Source of the DNA: Bdellovibrio sp.
GTDB lineage: Bacteria > Bdellovibrionota > Bdellovibrionia > Bdellovibrionales > Bdellovibrionaceae
Direction: 5' to 3'
Length of the DNA stretch: 64,000 nt
NCBI GenBank assembly: GCA_036677065.1
Contig: JAKFBS010000011.1
Coordinates: forward strand, 128,001-192,000
This document shows positions 10,241 through 19,110 of the stretch, one piece after another (position 1 is the first letter of the stretch; each line of letters begins with the position of its first letter). The notes beneath the pieces were generated by a model that saw nothing but the letters and a program-made list of their open reading frames with translations, ran no database searches and was not told the DNA's origin. The translations under genes and the position numbers were made by a program.

Positions 10241-10816
10241 TTAAGCCAAAAGCTTAAGTTTAGTAATATTTAATTTAAGTTTTAATGAATCAGATTGGCT
10301 TGAGTTTTTAACCGCAATAAAAACTGTGCCTTCAAAAGTCACATGGTCATTTTTTTGCAATGAAAGAATTAATTTATCCATGTCGTTTTCGCTGCAAGTA
10401 AATTGCAGCATAAGATCTTTATCCCATTTAATATTTTTATTAAGCTCAAGTTGATAGCTTTTGATTTCCCACAGATTTTTTGCCCAATGTTTAGCAATGT
10501 AAGTGCTGATCACTTCTAAACCGGCATTGACCACAAGGCCTGCATGAATTTGATTATGAAAATCGCAATTTGTGCGCTGGTAAGGGATCTTAGCCGTGAT
10601 ACTTTCGTCGCCTGCTTCGGTAATACTAAAGCCTGTGCCTAAAAGTTCAGGCGCTAACCAGTCTAACGCATAGCTTAAAGCGGGCTTCAGCAAGGCAGGT
10701 GTATGCAAATCACTCCAGACTTTAAAGTCTCTGATTTTATCGACGTAGCTCGACTGAATGAGTGGCAATTTTCCGACTAATTTCTTTTTCATAGCTTGAT
10801 TGCGCAAGCCTAACAT
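10241..10816 (-). CDS. Hotdog-fold (thioesterase-like) protein
   Basis: [19 protein letters not shown] resembles the PaaI/YiiD hotdog N-x-x-x-x-x-H-G motif; start may be ATG 10792. Confidence 0.55.
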   Translation of the reverse strand: MLGLRNQAMKKKLVGKLPLIQSSYVDKIRDFKVWSDLHTPALLKPALSYALDWLAPELLGTGFSITEAGDESITAKIPYQRTNCDFHNQIHAGLVVNAGLEVISTYIAKHWAKNLWEIKSYQLELNKNIKWDKDLMLQFTCSENDMDKLILSLQKNDHVTFEGTVFIAVKNSSQSDSLKLKLNITKLKLLA

Positions 10817-10857
10817 GGTGAAGTTTACTTGTACACAACATGATAGGAACTTGATCT

Positions 10858-11349
10858 ATGATTAAAATTTTCAGCTTTGTTTTATTTGTTTCAGCATTTA
10901 TTTGGACTTGGTGCCTTTTTAACTCACCGGCGCAAATGGGAACTGACATCCATGCTGGTATTCAAAGCAAATTAACGATCCTTATTGAAGAGACAATCAA
11001 GGCGAAACGCCCGTCTATGACGAATTTCCGCTTAAATAAAATGTACACAGAGAAAATGGACGATAACAAAGTTAAGGCCCATTTTTCTTACCAATTCGAT
11101 GAAAACGAAGCGACACAAACGATTTCTGGCGATGCTGTTTTAACAAAAGCCTTATCAGAAGATGCAAACGTGCAAAAATGGGTTTTACAATCTGTTAAAA
11201 CTGGCAGCGATATTGTTGAGTTCCAAGATGGTTTAACAATTTCTTCTGATGGCACTGATTCTCCTGAAGCTCCTGCCACAGAAACAACGACTGAAACTGC
11301 TCCTACGACTTCTGCTCCAGTTGAGAGCGCGCCCGGCGTAGGGCACTAA
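10858..11349 (+). CDS. Hypothetical membrane-anchored protein with T/P/E-rich tail
   Basis: N-terminal TM helix, low-complexity C-terminus. Confidence 0.75.
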   Translation: MIKIFSFVLFVSAFIWTWCLFNSPAQMGTDIHAGIQSKLTILIEETIKAKRPSMTNFRLNKMYTEKMDDNKVKAHFSYQFDENEATQTISGDAVLTKALSEDANVQKWVLQSVKTGSDIVEFQDGLTISSDGTDSPEAPATETTTETAPTTSAPVESAPGVGH

Positions 11350-11356
11350 TATCTAA

Positions 11357-12388
11357 ATGAACTATCTTACAATCAATGAACACGGCGAATTGTTTTTAGA
11401 CAAAAGTGAAAAACCAGTTCCCGATGGCGAAATCGCGCAGACGTTATTACGTAATGTGCGATTAACAAATAATTTCAATTTAGAAACCTCATTCGAAAAA
11501 ACTAAATATTTAATCGAAGCTTTTGATCATCCGCTATTTGCCTACAGAGTTCAGGCCCAGGCGGGTAAGATTTTTATTCAAACACAACAGCAACTTAGCT
11601 TTGAAGCTGACCTGACAAAGTTTAGTTTAGATCCGTTCGACCGTATTTGTGGATTAACCACATCAAATGCGCCGTTTCGTCTGACTGAAAAAGCGCAAGC
11701 GCAGCTTTTTGATGACTGTGATGAATTCGATGACGAAAGTTTTACTTTGAATGGCCTTCGCATTGAAACTCCGGATTATTATTTTGAAAATGAGAACTTA
11801 TCTGATTCAGAATTTTGGACAGATATTTACAACGAAGGCAATCCAGGTTGGGATCTAGGCGCCCCCGCAGTGGCCTTTACAGACATGATCCAAAGAATTA
11901 AATTACCCAAAAGCCGCATCCTGGTTTTAGGTTGTGGTTCGGGCCACGATGCCGCACTTTTTGCGCAAGCAGGACACGTGGTTACTGCCGTAGATTTTTC
12001 TGAAGGCGCTATTCAAAAAGCTAAGTCTTTGTATGGTCATCTGGAAAACATTACTTTTATTCAACAAGATATTTTTACGTTGCCACATGAATGGAACGAA
12101 ACTTTTGATGTGATTGTTGAGCACACTTGTTTTTGTGCGATCGAGCCTGATAGACGTAAAGAGATGGTCAAACTCTGGCGCAGACTGCTTCACGAAGAGG
12201 GCCAGTTGATGGGCGTCTTCTTTGCCATGCTTAAACGCGCAGGCCCGCCGTACGGCAGCAGCGAATGGGAAATTCGTGAGCTTTTAAAAAATAGTTTTCA
12301 CTTTTTATTTTGGGGGCGTTGGAGAGAATCTATTCCGCGCCGTGAAGGCCGTGAACTTTTTGTCTTAGCAAAGAAGAAAAAAGCGTAA
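11357..12388 (+). CDS. Class I SAM-dependent methyltransferase (TPMT/thiol methyltransferase-like) with N-terminal extra domain
   Basis: FW..Y..G.PGWDLG, LVLGCGSGHD, EHTCFCAI and GPPYG motifs. Confidence 0.85.
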   Translation: MNYLTINEHGELFLDKSEKPVPDGEIAQTLLRNVRLTNNFNLETSFEKTKYLIEAFDHPLFAYRVQAQAGKIFIQTQQQLSFEADLTKFSLDPFDRICGLTTSNAPFRLTEKAQAQLFDDCDEFDDESFTLNGLRIETPDYYFENENLSDSEFWTDIYNEGNPGWDLGAPAVAFTDMIQRIKLPKSRILVLGCGSGHDAALFAQAGHVVTAVDFSEGAIQKAKSLYGHLENITFIQQDIFTLPHEWNETFDVIVEHTCFCAIEPDRRKEMVKLWRRLLHEEGQLMGVFFAMLKRAGPPYGSSEWEIRELLKNSFHFLFWGRWRESIPRREGRELFVLAKKKKA

Positions 12389-12406
12389 CTTTTCAGTTAC
12401 GCTTTT
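12377..12406. terminator. Bidirectional intrinsic terminator between the methyltransferase and rnpB
   Basis: AAAAGCGTAACT-TTTC-AGTTACGCTTTT inverted repeat flanked by A/T runs. Confidence 0.75.
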
Positions 12407-12420
12407 AAAAAAGGTGGGTC

Positions 12421-12828
12421 GGTTTCGCGATAAGCCGGGTTCTGTTCCCTGTGCTGACTCCCACATTGTCCACACAGTTCGATAATCATTCCTCTAGGCC
12501 CAACATTACTGGTGGGCTCGAGCGATCGTACCCGGAATCTTCAGGCGAGCAGCCCTTATTCTCTGTTCGGAAACATTGCTGTCTCCGCCAAGAACCCCCT
12601 ATTGCCAGGAGGGATTCCCTATTTGATCTTGCTTCGCGCACGAGTTTAGCTGTTTTCACTCCAGCGGCTCCCCTTAATTCTCCCGTTCCCGAAAAAAGGA
12701 TCACTGCCCTGGACATTCTCTCTGTTCCACTGTTCCTCACCTTGCGATGGAGGGGCGTTACCCCAGGCGCTGCTCTGCGAAGCCCGGACTTTCCTCGTAC
12801 GTTGCCGCACGCGATTATCTACGAAACC
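12421..12828 (-). ncRNA. rnpB: RNase P RNA
   Basis: Minus strand has universal GAGGAAAGTCCGGGC and ACAGAACCCGGCTTA (P4 halves), AGTGGAACAGA, GCAAG...AAATAGG and CTAGAGGAATGA; P1 formed by GGTTTCGTAGATAA / TTATCGCGAAACC. Confidence 0.95.
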
Positions 12829-12957
12829 TTGCTGAGATTTTTAGCATCGAGCGCCGCCCAAATACAAGCGATATTCGCGAAATTCTTGCCCTGCTCACGA
12901 CCTTGCATTAGATTAAATCATTCTAGTTTGTTTACAGTTATTTTCGAGGAGATTTTT

Positions 12958-13542
12958 ATGAAAATTTTAGTGGCCATCGCGGCATTTTTATTAGTTTTAG
13001 GTTTAAACTTAAAGTCAGTTGCTGAAGAAGAACATGCTGCTGCTCCTACTGATACAGTTTCTTGTTCAAAAGAAGACGCTGGCAAAGATTGCGCTGAAGG
13101 CGATCATGGCAAAGCCGGTCACGATGCTCATGGTGCAAAACCAGGTTACGGCGCGAACTATGACTGGAGTCATAAACGCCAAGAACAAGTTGCAGCGATT
13201 TTTCCTGCAAAACAAAAAAAAGATGGCGCAAGCAATGTTCCGGCAAAAGTAAAATTATCTTCACCTAAGTTTTTAGAAAAAGTTTCTGGCGATGCAGTTA
13301 CTTTAACTTGGAACGCCTCTGAAGGTGCAACAAATTACCACGTTCAGGTTTCAAAAGACGCTGGTTTCAACAATCGCTCAATGTATGTTGTCGAAGATAA
13401 AAAATTAGCGGCAACTTCTTTAGAGGTTAAAGGCTTAGAAGCTGGTGTTAAATATTTCTGGCGTGTGGCTGCTGTTAACGGCGAGCAAGAATCTACTTTC
13501 ACTAAATCAGGTTTTGCTTTTTCTGAATTTGAAGTGAAGTAA
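12958..13542 (+). CDS. Secreted fibronectin type III domain protein with His-rich N-terminal region
   Basis: True start ATG 12958 (GAGGAG RBS, signal peptide); VTLTWNASEGATNYHVQVS...LEAGVKYFWRVAAVN is an FN3 pattern. Confidence 0.8.
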   Translation: MKILVAIAAFLLVLGLNLKSVAEEEHAAAPTDTVSCSKEDAGKDCAEGDHGKAGHDAHGAKPGYGANYDWSHKRQEQVAAIFPAKQKKDGASNVPAKVKLSSPKFLEKVSGDAVTLTWNASEGATNYHVQVSKDAGFNNRSMYVVEDKKLAATSLEVKGLEAGVKYFWRVAAVNGEQESTFTKSGFAFSEFEVK

Positions 13543-13544
13543 TC

Positions 13545-14195
13545 ATGTCTGCAGTTGATAACGAAATTATTCATAAGCAATTAAATTGGCGCTATGCTTG
13601 TAAAAAGTTTGATCCAACAAAAATCATTCGTGAGCAAGACTGGAATATTCTAACTGAATCTTTGCGTTTATCAGCTTCGTCGTACGGTTTACAACCCTGG
13701 AAATTCATCGTTGTGCAAACGCCTGAGATTCGTAAACAGTTACAAGATCAATCATACGGTCAAACTCCGGTTACTGAAGCTTCACACTTTGTCGTATTAA
13801 CTTACAAAGAAACATTAGATGAAGCGCATATCGATCTTCATATTGCAGAGGCTGCAAAAGCACGCGGCGTTGAGCCGGCTTCTTTAGAAAAGTACAGAAA
13901 TTTGATGGTGGGAGATTTAATTAAGGGCCCGCGTTTCGAAACAATTAAGTGGTGGGCTCAACGTCAGGTTTATATCGCGATGGGATCAATCCTAACTACA
14001 GCGGCAATGATGGAAATCGACACTCTTCCAATGGAAGGTTTAAATGCAGCTGGTTACGATAAAATTTTAGGGCTTGAAGGCTCTGGTTGGAAAACTTTAG
14101 CGGCTGTAGCTTGTGGTTATAGAGCTGAAGATGATAAATACCAACATTCTAAAAAAGTTCGCTTTCCGGCGGCGGATGTTATTACTTACAAATAA
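13545..14195 (+). CDS. NAD(P)H-dependent nitroreductase family protein
   Basis: WRYACKKFD, SSYGLQPWKF, PMEG and GYR motifs. Confidence 0.92.
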   Translation: MSAVDNEIIHKQLNWRYACKKFDPTKIIREQDWNILTESLRLSASSYGLQPWKFIVVQTPEIRKQLQDQSYGQTPVTEASHFVVLTYKETLDEAHIDLHIAEAAKARGVEPASLEKYRNLMVGDLIKGPRFETIKWWAQRQVYIAMGSILTTAAMMEIDTLPMEGLNAAGYDKILGLEGSGWKTLAAVACGYRAEDDKYQHSKKVRFPAADVITYK

Positions 14196-14234
14196 AGCCG
14201 TTGTTTTAAAATATTAATTACTTAGAATAAAGCT

Positions 14235-16367
14235 ATGAAAAACATCATAGCTTTATTTTTTTGTGCTCTAACGATTTCATCATGCTCGCTTAAATCAAAT
14301 ACCCCAAACGATCCCTTATCTAAAAACTTAGATTATCTTGAAGAAATTGATTCAGCACCAGTACGCCGTTTTGTTGAAATCGAAAATGTTTTATCAGTCG
14401 CCCGTTTGAAAACTGATCCTTTATTTCCGGTGATTGAAAAAGAAATACTAGATGTCATAACGGCTAAAGATAAATTACCGGCGATCTTTTTTCATGACGG
14501 CCAATTATATCAATACTGGCAAGATCAAGTGCATGTGCGCGGTGTTCTTAAAAGAACTTCAGTGGCTGACTTTAATGCCCACAAAAACAACTGGGAAGTT
14601 GTTTTTGATTTAGATGCGATAGCAAAAGCCGAAAATAAAAACTGGGTTTGGAAAAGTTTCACCTGTTACAAGAAGAATGAAAAAACTTGCTTGGTTTTTT
14701 TATCTAACGGCGGAAAAGACGCCATCACTGCCCGCGAGTTCAATCTAGGAACAAAAGAATTTGTTAAAGATGGCTTTTCGTTTCCTGAATCAAAAAGTCA
14801 ATTCGAATGGTACGATGAAAACACCCTGCTGTGGACAGACGCCACTAATCCCGAATTATTAACAACCTCTGGTTATCCGCAAACGTTAAAATTTATTAAG
14901 CGCGGGCAAAAGCTAGATGAAGCAAAACTTATCACTGATGTACCTAAAAATTATGTAAGCATTGATAGCTGGGCCGTTTTAGACCAAGGTAAAATTCATT
15001 TCATAATTTATAAATCGATTTCGTTCTACGAATACGAAGTGTTTTACTTAGCAGATTTAAATACACAAAAATTAGTTAAAGTTCCGGTTCCAAAAGATGC
15101 TGAAGTCAGAACGATTTATAAAGACCAATTATTGTTTTCGGTTAAGTCAGATTATACCGCCGGCACAAAAACAGTTCCACCAGGAACACTCTTATCATTT
15201 CCACTTTTTTCATTGCAGAATATGCAAAATCCAGAAGTGGTCTTATTACCGTCGCCGACTCAGGTTCTTCAAGGAGTTACGCGCAGTAAGGACCAACTTT
15301 GGTTAAATACTTTAGACGATGTTAAAAGAACTTTAGTTCCTATCGACCGCATTGAGCATCGCTGGGTGCTAGAAAAATTTAAGCATGGCTTAAATGATCA
15401 CGGTAAAGGTAACTGGTCAGTCCTGGCTCTCGAGCAGGAATCGAATAAAACTTTTTTTAGTTACACTGATTTTTTAACTCCGGCCCAGGTTTATTTTTCT
15501 GAAAATGGCCAACGGCCCAGCTTAAAACTAAAATTAATTCAGACCGCACCTGAACGTTTTAATTCGAAAAATTTTACGTCTCAGCAATTTAAAACTAAAA
15601 GTAAAGACGGAACATTAATTCCCTATTTCGTGGTGCATGCGAAAAATCTTAAATTCAACGGTAAAAACCCGACTCTACAATATGGCTATGGAGGTTTTGA
15701 AGCCGCTATGACGCCGTACTATCTAGGTGTTGCCGGTAAAGTTTGGCTATCACGTGGTAACGTTTATGTACTAGCTAATATTCGCGGTGGCGGCGAATAT
15801 GGGCCAGCTTGGCATAAAGCAGCACAAGGTGTAAATCGCCAAAAAGCCTTCGATGATTTTATCGCTGTCAGCGAAGATCTTATTAAACGTAAAATCACAT
15901 CACCAGAACACTTAGGTATTATGGGTGGCTCAAATGGTGGCTTACTAACAAGCGTGATGTTAACCCAAAGACCTGATTTATATGGCGCAGTGGTTAGCGA
16001 AGTGCCTCTGACAAATATGATTCGTTATAACAAATTATTAGCCGGAGCCAGTTGGCAGGCTGAATATGGCAACCCTGATATTCCAGCTGATCGTGAAGTG
16101 TTAATGAAATATTCTCCGTTGCATAACATAAAACCAAATATGAAATATCCAGAAGCTTTCTACATCACCAGCACTAAAGATGATCGCGTTCACCCAGGAC
16201 ATGCCAGACAAATGGTGACGCGTTTAAAACAATTAGGTTATCCAGTGATGTATTTCGAAAATACCGATGGTGGCCACGGCAGAGCCGCAAACTTAAAAGA
16301 GTATGCAACTATGCTTGGAATGGAATACACGTATTTATTCCAAAAAATAGCTCCAGATAAAAAATAA
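14235..16367 (+). CDS. Prolyl oligopeptidase family (S9A) serine peptidase, lipoprotein
   Basis: Lipobox ISSC; GYGGF, NIRGGGEYG, GGSNGG nucleophile, DDRV and GGH catalytic motifs. Confidence 0.93.
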   Translation: MKNIIALFFCALTISSCSLKSNTPNDPLSKNLDYLEEIDSAPVRRFVEIENVLSVARLKTDPLFPVIEKEILDVITAKDKLPAIFFHDGQLYQYWQDQVHVRGVLKRTSVADFNAHKNNWEVVFDLDAIAKAENKNWVWKSFTCYKKNEKTCLVFLSNGGKDAITAREFNLGTKEFVKDGFSFPESKSQFEWYDENTLLWTDATNPELLTTSGYPQTLKFIKRGQKLDEAKLITDVPKNYVSIDSWAVLDQGKIHFIIYKSISFYEYEVFYLADLNTQKLVKVPVPKDAEVRTIYKDQLLFSVKSDYTAGTKTVPPGTLLSFPLFSLQNMQNPEVVLLPSPTQVLQGVTRSKDQLWLNTLDDVKRTLVPIDRIEHRWVLEKFKHGLNDHGKGNWSVLALEQESNKTFFSYTDFLTPAQVYFSENGQRPSLKLKLIQTAPERFNSKNFTSQQFKTKSKDGTLIPYFVVHAKNLKFNGKNPTLQYGYGGFEAAMTPYYLGVAGKVWLSRGNVYVLANIRGGGEYGPAWHKAAQGVNRQKAFDDFIAVSEDLIKRKITSPEHLGIMGGSNGGLLTSVMLTQRPDLYGAVVSEVPLTNMIRYNKLLAGASWQAEYGNPDIPADREVLMKYSPLHNIKPNMKYPEAFYITSTKDDRVHPGHARQMVTRLKQLGYPVMYFENTDGGHGRAANLKEYATMLGMEYTYLFQKIAPDKK

Positions 16368-17537
16368 TTATTTTGATAACCAGTCGATGATCTTTTTTGT
16401 TTTAGCTTCGGTCTGATCTAAAATGGTTTTACGCCATTCACGATCAGACGGGTTAAACATCTCTACGAAATCATTTTTAATTTTTTCGGCATCTTGTGGA
16501 TCTTTTGCCGGATGCCAAAAATTTTGATTTTCATAAACCATACGACGCAAAGATTCAATTGATCCCGTTGTTTTCTGGCTGTCTAAAGTTCCATATTCAA
16601 AGGTAATTCCCACAGAGGCTGGCGCTTTATCTTTAAGTTTGTAATTCGTTTCATGAATGAAAAAACTTAGCATTTCACCCTGAATTGAATAGAATTTTTT
16701 ATCAGATCCAAAATCAATTTCACCTTCTTCAGAAAAAATTTCGGCAAGCGGGTTACCTTCTTTTTTACCGTTAGCTAAAAGATGTAATTTACCGCGGGCA
16801 CCGTAACCCGTGTGTAAATCGATGACGAACATCTTTGTGTGGCCACTGACATATTTATCAATTAGCTGATTCATCAGATCCCATTGTTTAGCCACCATAT
16901 TGCCGCCGAAGTATAACCCTTGTGGATAAGAGTACTGCCCGCGCAAAACTGAATTTCTTAGATTTTCTAAACCATAACGAGCGATTTTTGTAACCGCAGT
17001 CCACATGAATTTCACATTACTGATAAAACCATGCGTTGCAGCTGATTCCGGATTTAAATAGTCATACAAATTTTTGTAACCGCTATCATCACTTTCAAAC
17101 ACTGAACGATTGGGGATAAAGTTACGGTTTAAATCGATGTTGTTTTCATTCACGCGGCGTTTGTTTTTAAAACCATACACGTTTAACCCGTGCACCATCA
17201 AAATGTTCACATTTTCGCGGTTTTGCACATAAGGCTGATCTACCAACCAACGTTGCACGGCTGAACCTACGAAAGCTTCGATGCCATGAGTTCCTGAAAA
17301 CAATACTAATAATTTATCGGTTTTGTTTTTCGCGGGCCAATAGATCGACTTAATAGTGCCCTGATCAAAAGTGAATTCGTGTTTTTCGGCCGCTGGCTGC
17401 AGGGCTTTAACTGTTTGAAAAGCTTGATCGAAAGCTTGATCTGAATCTTCGAATGAATTTTTAAAGTAATCGTTAAAGTCAGCTGCGAATAGGCGTAGGC
17501 CCAAAAATAAAGAAAGTGTAAATACTATTTTGTTCAT
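16368..17537 (-). CDS. DUF2817 / M14-like zinc carboxypeptidase-fold protein, secreted
   Basis: SGTHGIE, RRVNENNIDLNRNF, DLHTGYG and FEYGT motifs. Confidence 0.82.
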   Translation of the reverse strand: MNKIVFTLSLFLGLRLFAADFNDYFKNSFEDSDQAFDQAFQTVKALQPAAEKHEFTFDQGTIKSIYWPAKNKTDKLLVLFSGTHGIEAFVGSAVQRWLVDQPYVQNRENVNILMVHGLNVYGFKNKRRVNENNIDLNRNFIPNRSVFESDDSGYKNLYDYLNPESAATHGFISNVKFMWTAVTKIARYGLENLRNSVLRGQYSYPQGLYFGGNMVAKQWDLMNQLIDKYVSGHTKMFVIDLHTGYGARGKLHLLANGKKEGNPLAEIFSEEGEIDFGSDKKFYSIQGEMLSFFIHETNYKLKDKAPASVGITFEYGTLDSQKTTGSIESLRRMVYENQNFWHPAKDPQDAEKIKNDFVEMFNPSDREWRKTILDQTEAKTKKIIDWLSK

Positions 17538-17570
17538 ACACCTATTACAGCAAGATCTAAAGTGGTTTGT

Positions 17571-18125
17571 CTAGTCTTTGCTCATTGGTATTATAGCACA
17601 CACTGAAGTTGCGATATCCAGAATAAACACTTCCTCCTTAGTAGATCCATAATAACGGTCGTACGAATGACTTGAGTTGAAGCTGGCAACCGCTAAAACG
17701 ACTTTGCCATTGTTATCAAATGACTTCGTCATTTCAATTGCGACATCATGATAATTAGTTCCAACTCTGGTCGAGTTGCTCGCGTTAGCCGAAAAGACGT
17801 ATTTGTCGTAATTAAAAACCAACTCTGTCGTGCCACGACCAAAACCTAAATCGCTGAAATAGCCATTATCTGTGTTTTCGTCGTTTTGTTTTAAAGTGTA
17901 GATCAATTTATTTTCCCACTTAGGTGTTGTCGAATATTTTGCAGGCTCTGCATTCCACTCTATATCTAGCGTATAGTTTTTCTCATCCGTAGTTGTGATC
18001 GCACACGAATATTTTTCCCCGTACTTCACAGGTTTATCCACAACCGTATCCACCGCACCAGCATTGGCGTTCAGACCAGTTAGTAAAATTGTAAAAATCA
18101 TTGATGTATAAATATTATTTTTCAC
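17571..18125 (-). CDS. Secreted hypothetical protein
   Basis: Start moved to GTG 18125 (AAGGAG RBS, signal peptide ending ANA); two Cys near the termini. Confidence 0.65.
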   Translation of the reverse strand: MKNNIYTSMIFTILLTGLNANAGAVDTVVDKPVKYGEKYSCAITTTDEKNYTLDIEWNAEPAKYSTTPKWENKLIYTLKQNDENTDNGYFSDLGFGRGTTELVFNYDKYVFSANASNSTRVGTNYHDVAIEMTKSFDNNGKVVLAVASFNSSHSYDRYYGSTKEEVFILDIATSVCAIIPMSKD

Positions 18126-18255
18126 TTCTTTCTCCTTATTTTTGTAAATTACAAAAGTTTTCCACACGACATATGTTGATAACTCTGTTGCTGCGAATCT
18201 AGAAAAAAACAAAGTGTTTGTATAATTCATAATTATGAGTTTATTATGATTTTAA

Positions 18256-19110
18256 ATGAGTTTACTCAGCCCCACCCTAGAGGCTTTTTGGGCAGTCGTT
18301 CAAAAAGGCACCGTTCAAGAAGCCTCGCAAATTTTAGGGATTACTCAAACCGGAGTAACCCAAAGAATTAGATCTTTAGAAAAGCAGTTACAAACAACTG
18401 TCTTTATTAGATCAAGGAAAGGTATGAAGCTTACGACCGAGGGAGAATCTCTTCTTCAGTACGTAAAAGTTAGTATAGAAAATGAGGGAATGGCCCTTTC
18501 AAAGATTCAAAAGGCAGCTTTTGAACACAACATTGAAATAGGCATCTCGGGACCATCTAGTATTTTGCGATCGAGGGTCATTCCCAACTTATTAGCTCTA
18601 AAAACTAAGCTTCCAAAAATCAAATTTCGATTTGATTTATCTGACGGTAACGGCAATCAAGAAAAACTTAAAAATGGCCATTGCGACTTAGCCATCTTAG
18701 AACACCATCAAGTCACCAAAGAGATGGATTCACGCATTCTAAAAGCTGAACGCTACAAGCTCTATGTGCCAAAAACATGGAAGAAGCGTAAGCTTACTGA
18801 GATCATTGAAAATGAAGCCATCATTGATTTCGATGCCGCCGACCGGATGACATTTCAGTATTTAGAAAAGTATCGCCTTAAAAATAAAATCCAGCCTGAT
18901 CGTCATTACGCAAATAACACTGATGCCTTAATGTCGATGATCGAACTAGGTTTAGGGTATTCAGTCTTGTCAGAAGACTTTGCCAAAAAAAATGGAGAAA
19001 TATTCGATATTTCTCCAGATCAGCATTTTGATTATAAAATTGCGCTAGCTTGGTATTACCGCCCTGAAATGCCTGAGTACTTCAGAGCGATCGTTAAAGC
19101 CCTATCGTAA
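18256..19110 (+). CDS. LysR-family transcriptional regulator
   Basis: N-terminal HTH (ASQILGITQTGVTQRIRSLEKQL...LTTEG) plus substrate-binding domain. Confidence 0.93.
   Translation: MSLLSPTLEAFWAVVQKGTVQEASQILGITQTGVTQRIRSLEKQLQTTVFIRSRKGMKLTTEGESLLQYVKVSIENEGMALSKIQKAAFEHNIEIGISGPSSILRSRVIPNLLALKTKLPKIKFRFDLSDGNGNQEKLKNGHCDLAILEHHQVTKEMDSRILKAERYKLYVPKTWKKRKLTEIIENEAIIDFDAADRMTFQYLEKYRLKNKIQPDRHYANNTDALMSMIELGLGYSVLSEDFAKKNGEIFDISPDQHFDYKIALAWYYRPEMPEYFRAIVKALS

Noticed and set aside
12451..12957. N-terminal 169 aa of ORF 12451..13542 and ORF 12486..12740
   Set aside because: They overlap the RNase P RNA; the real CDS starts at ATG 12958 with an RBS and signal peptide
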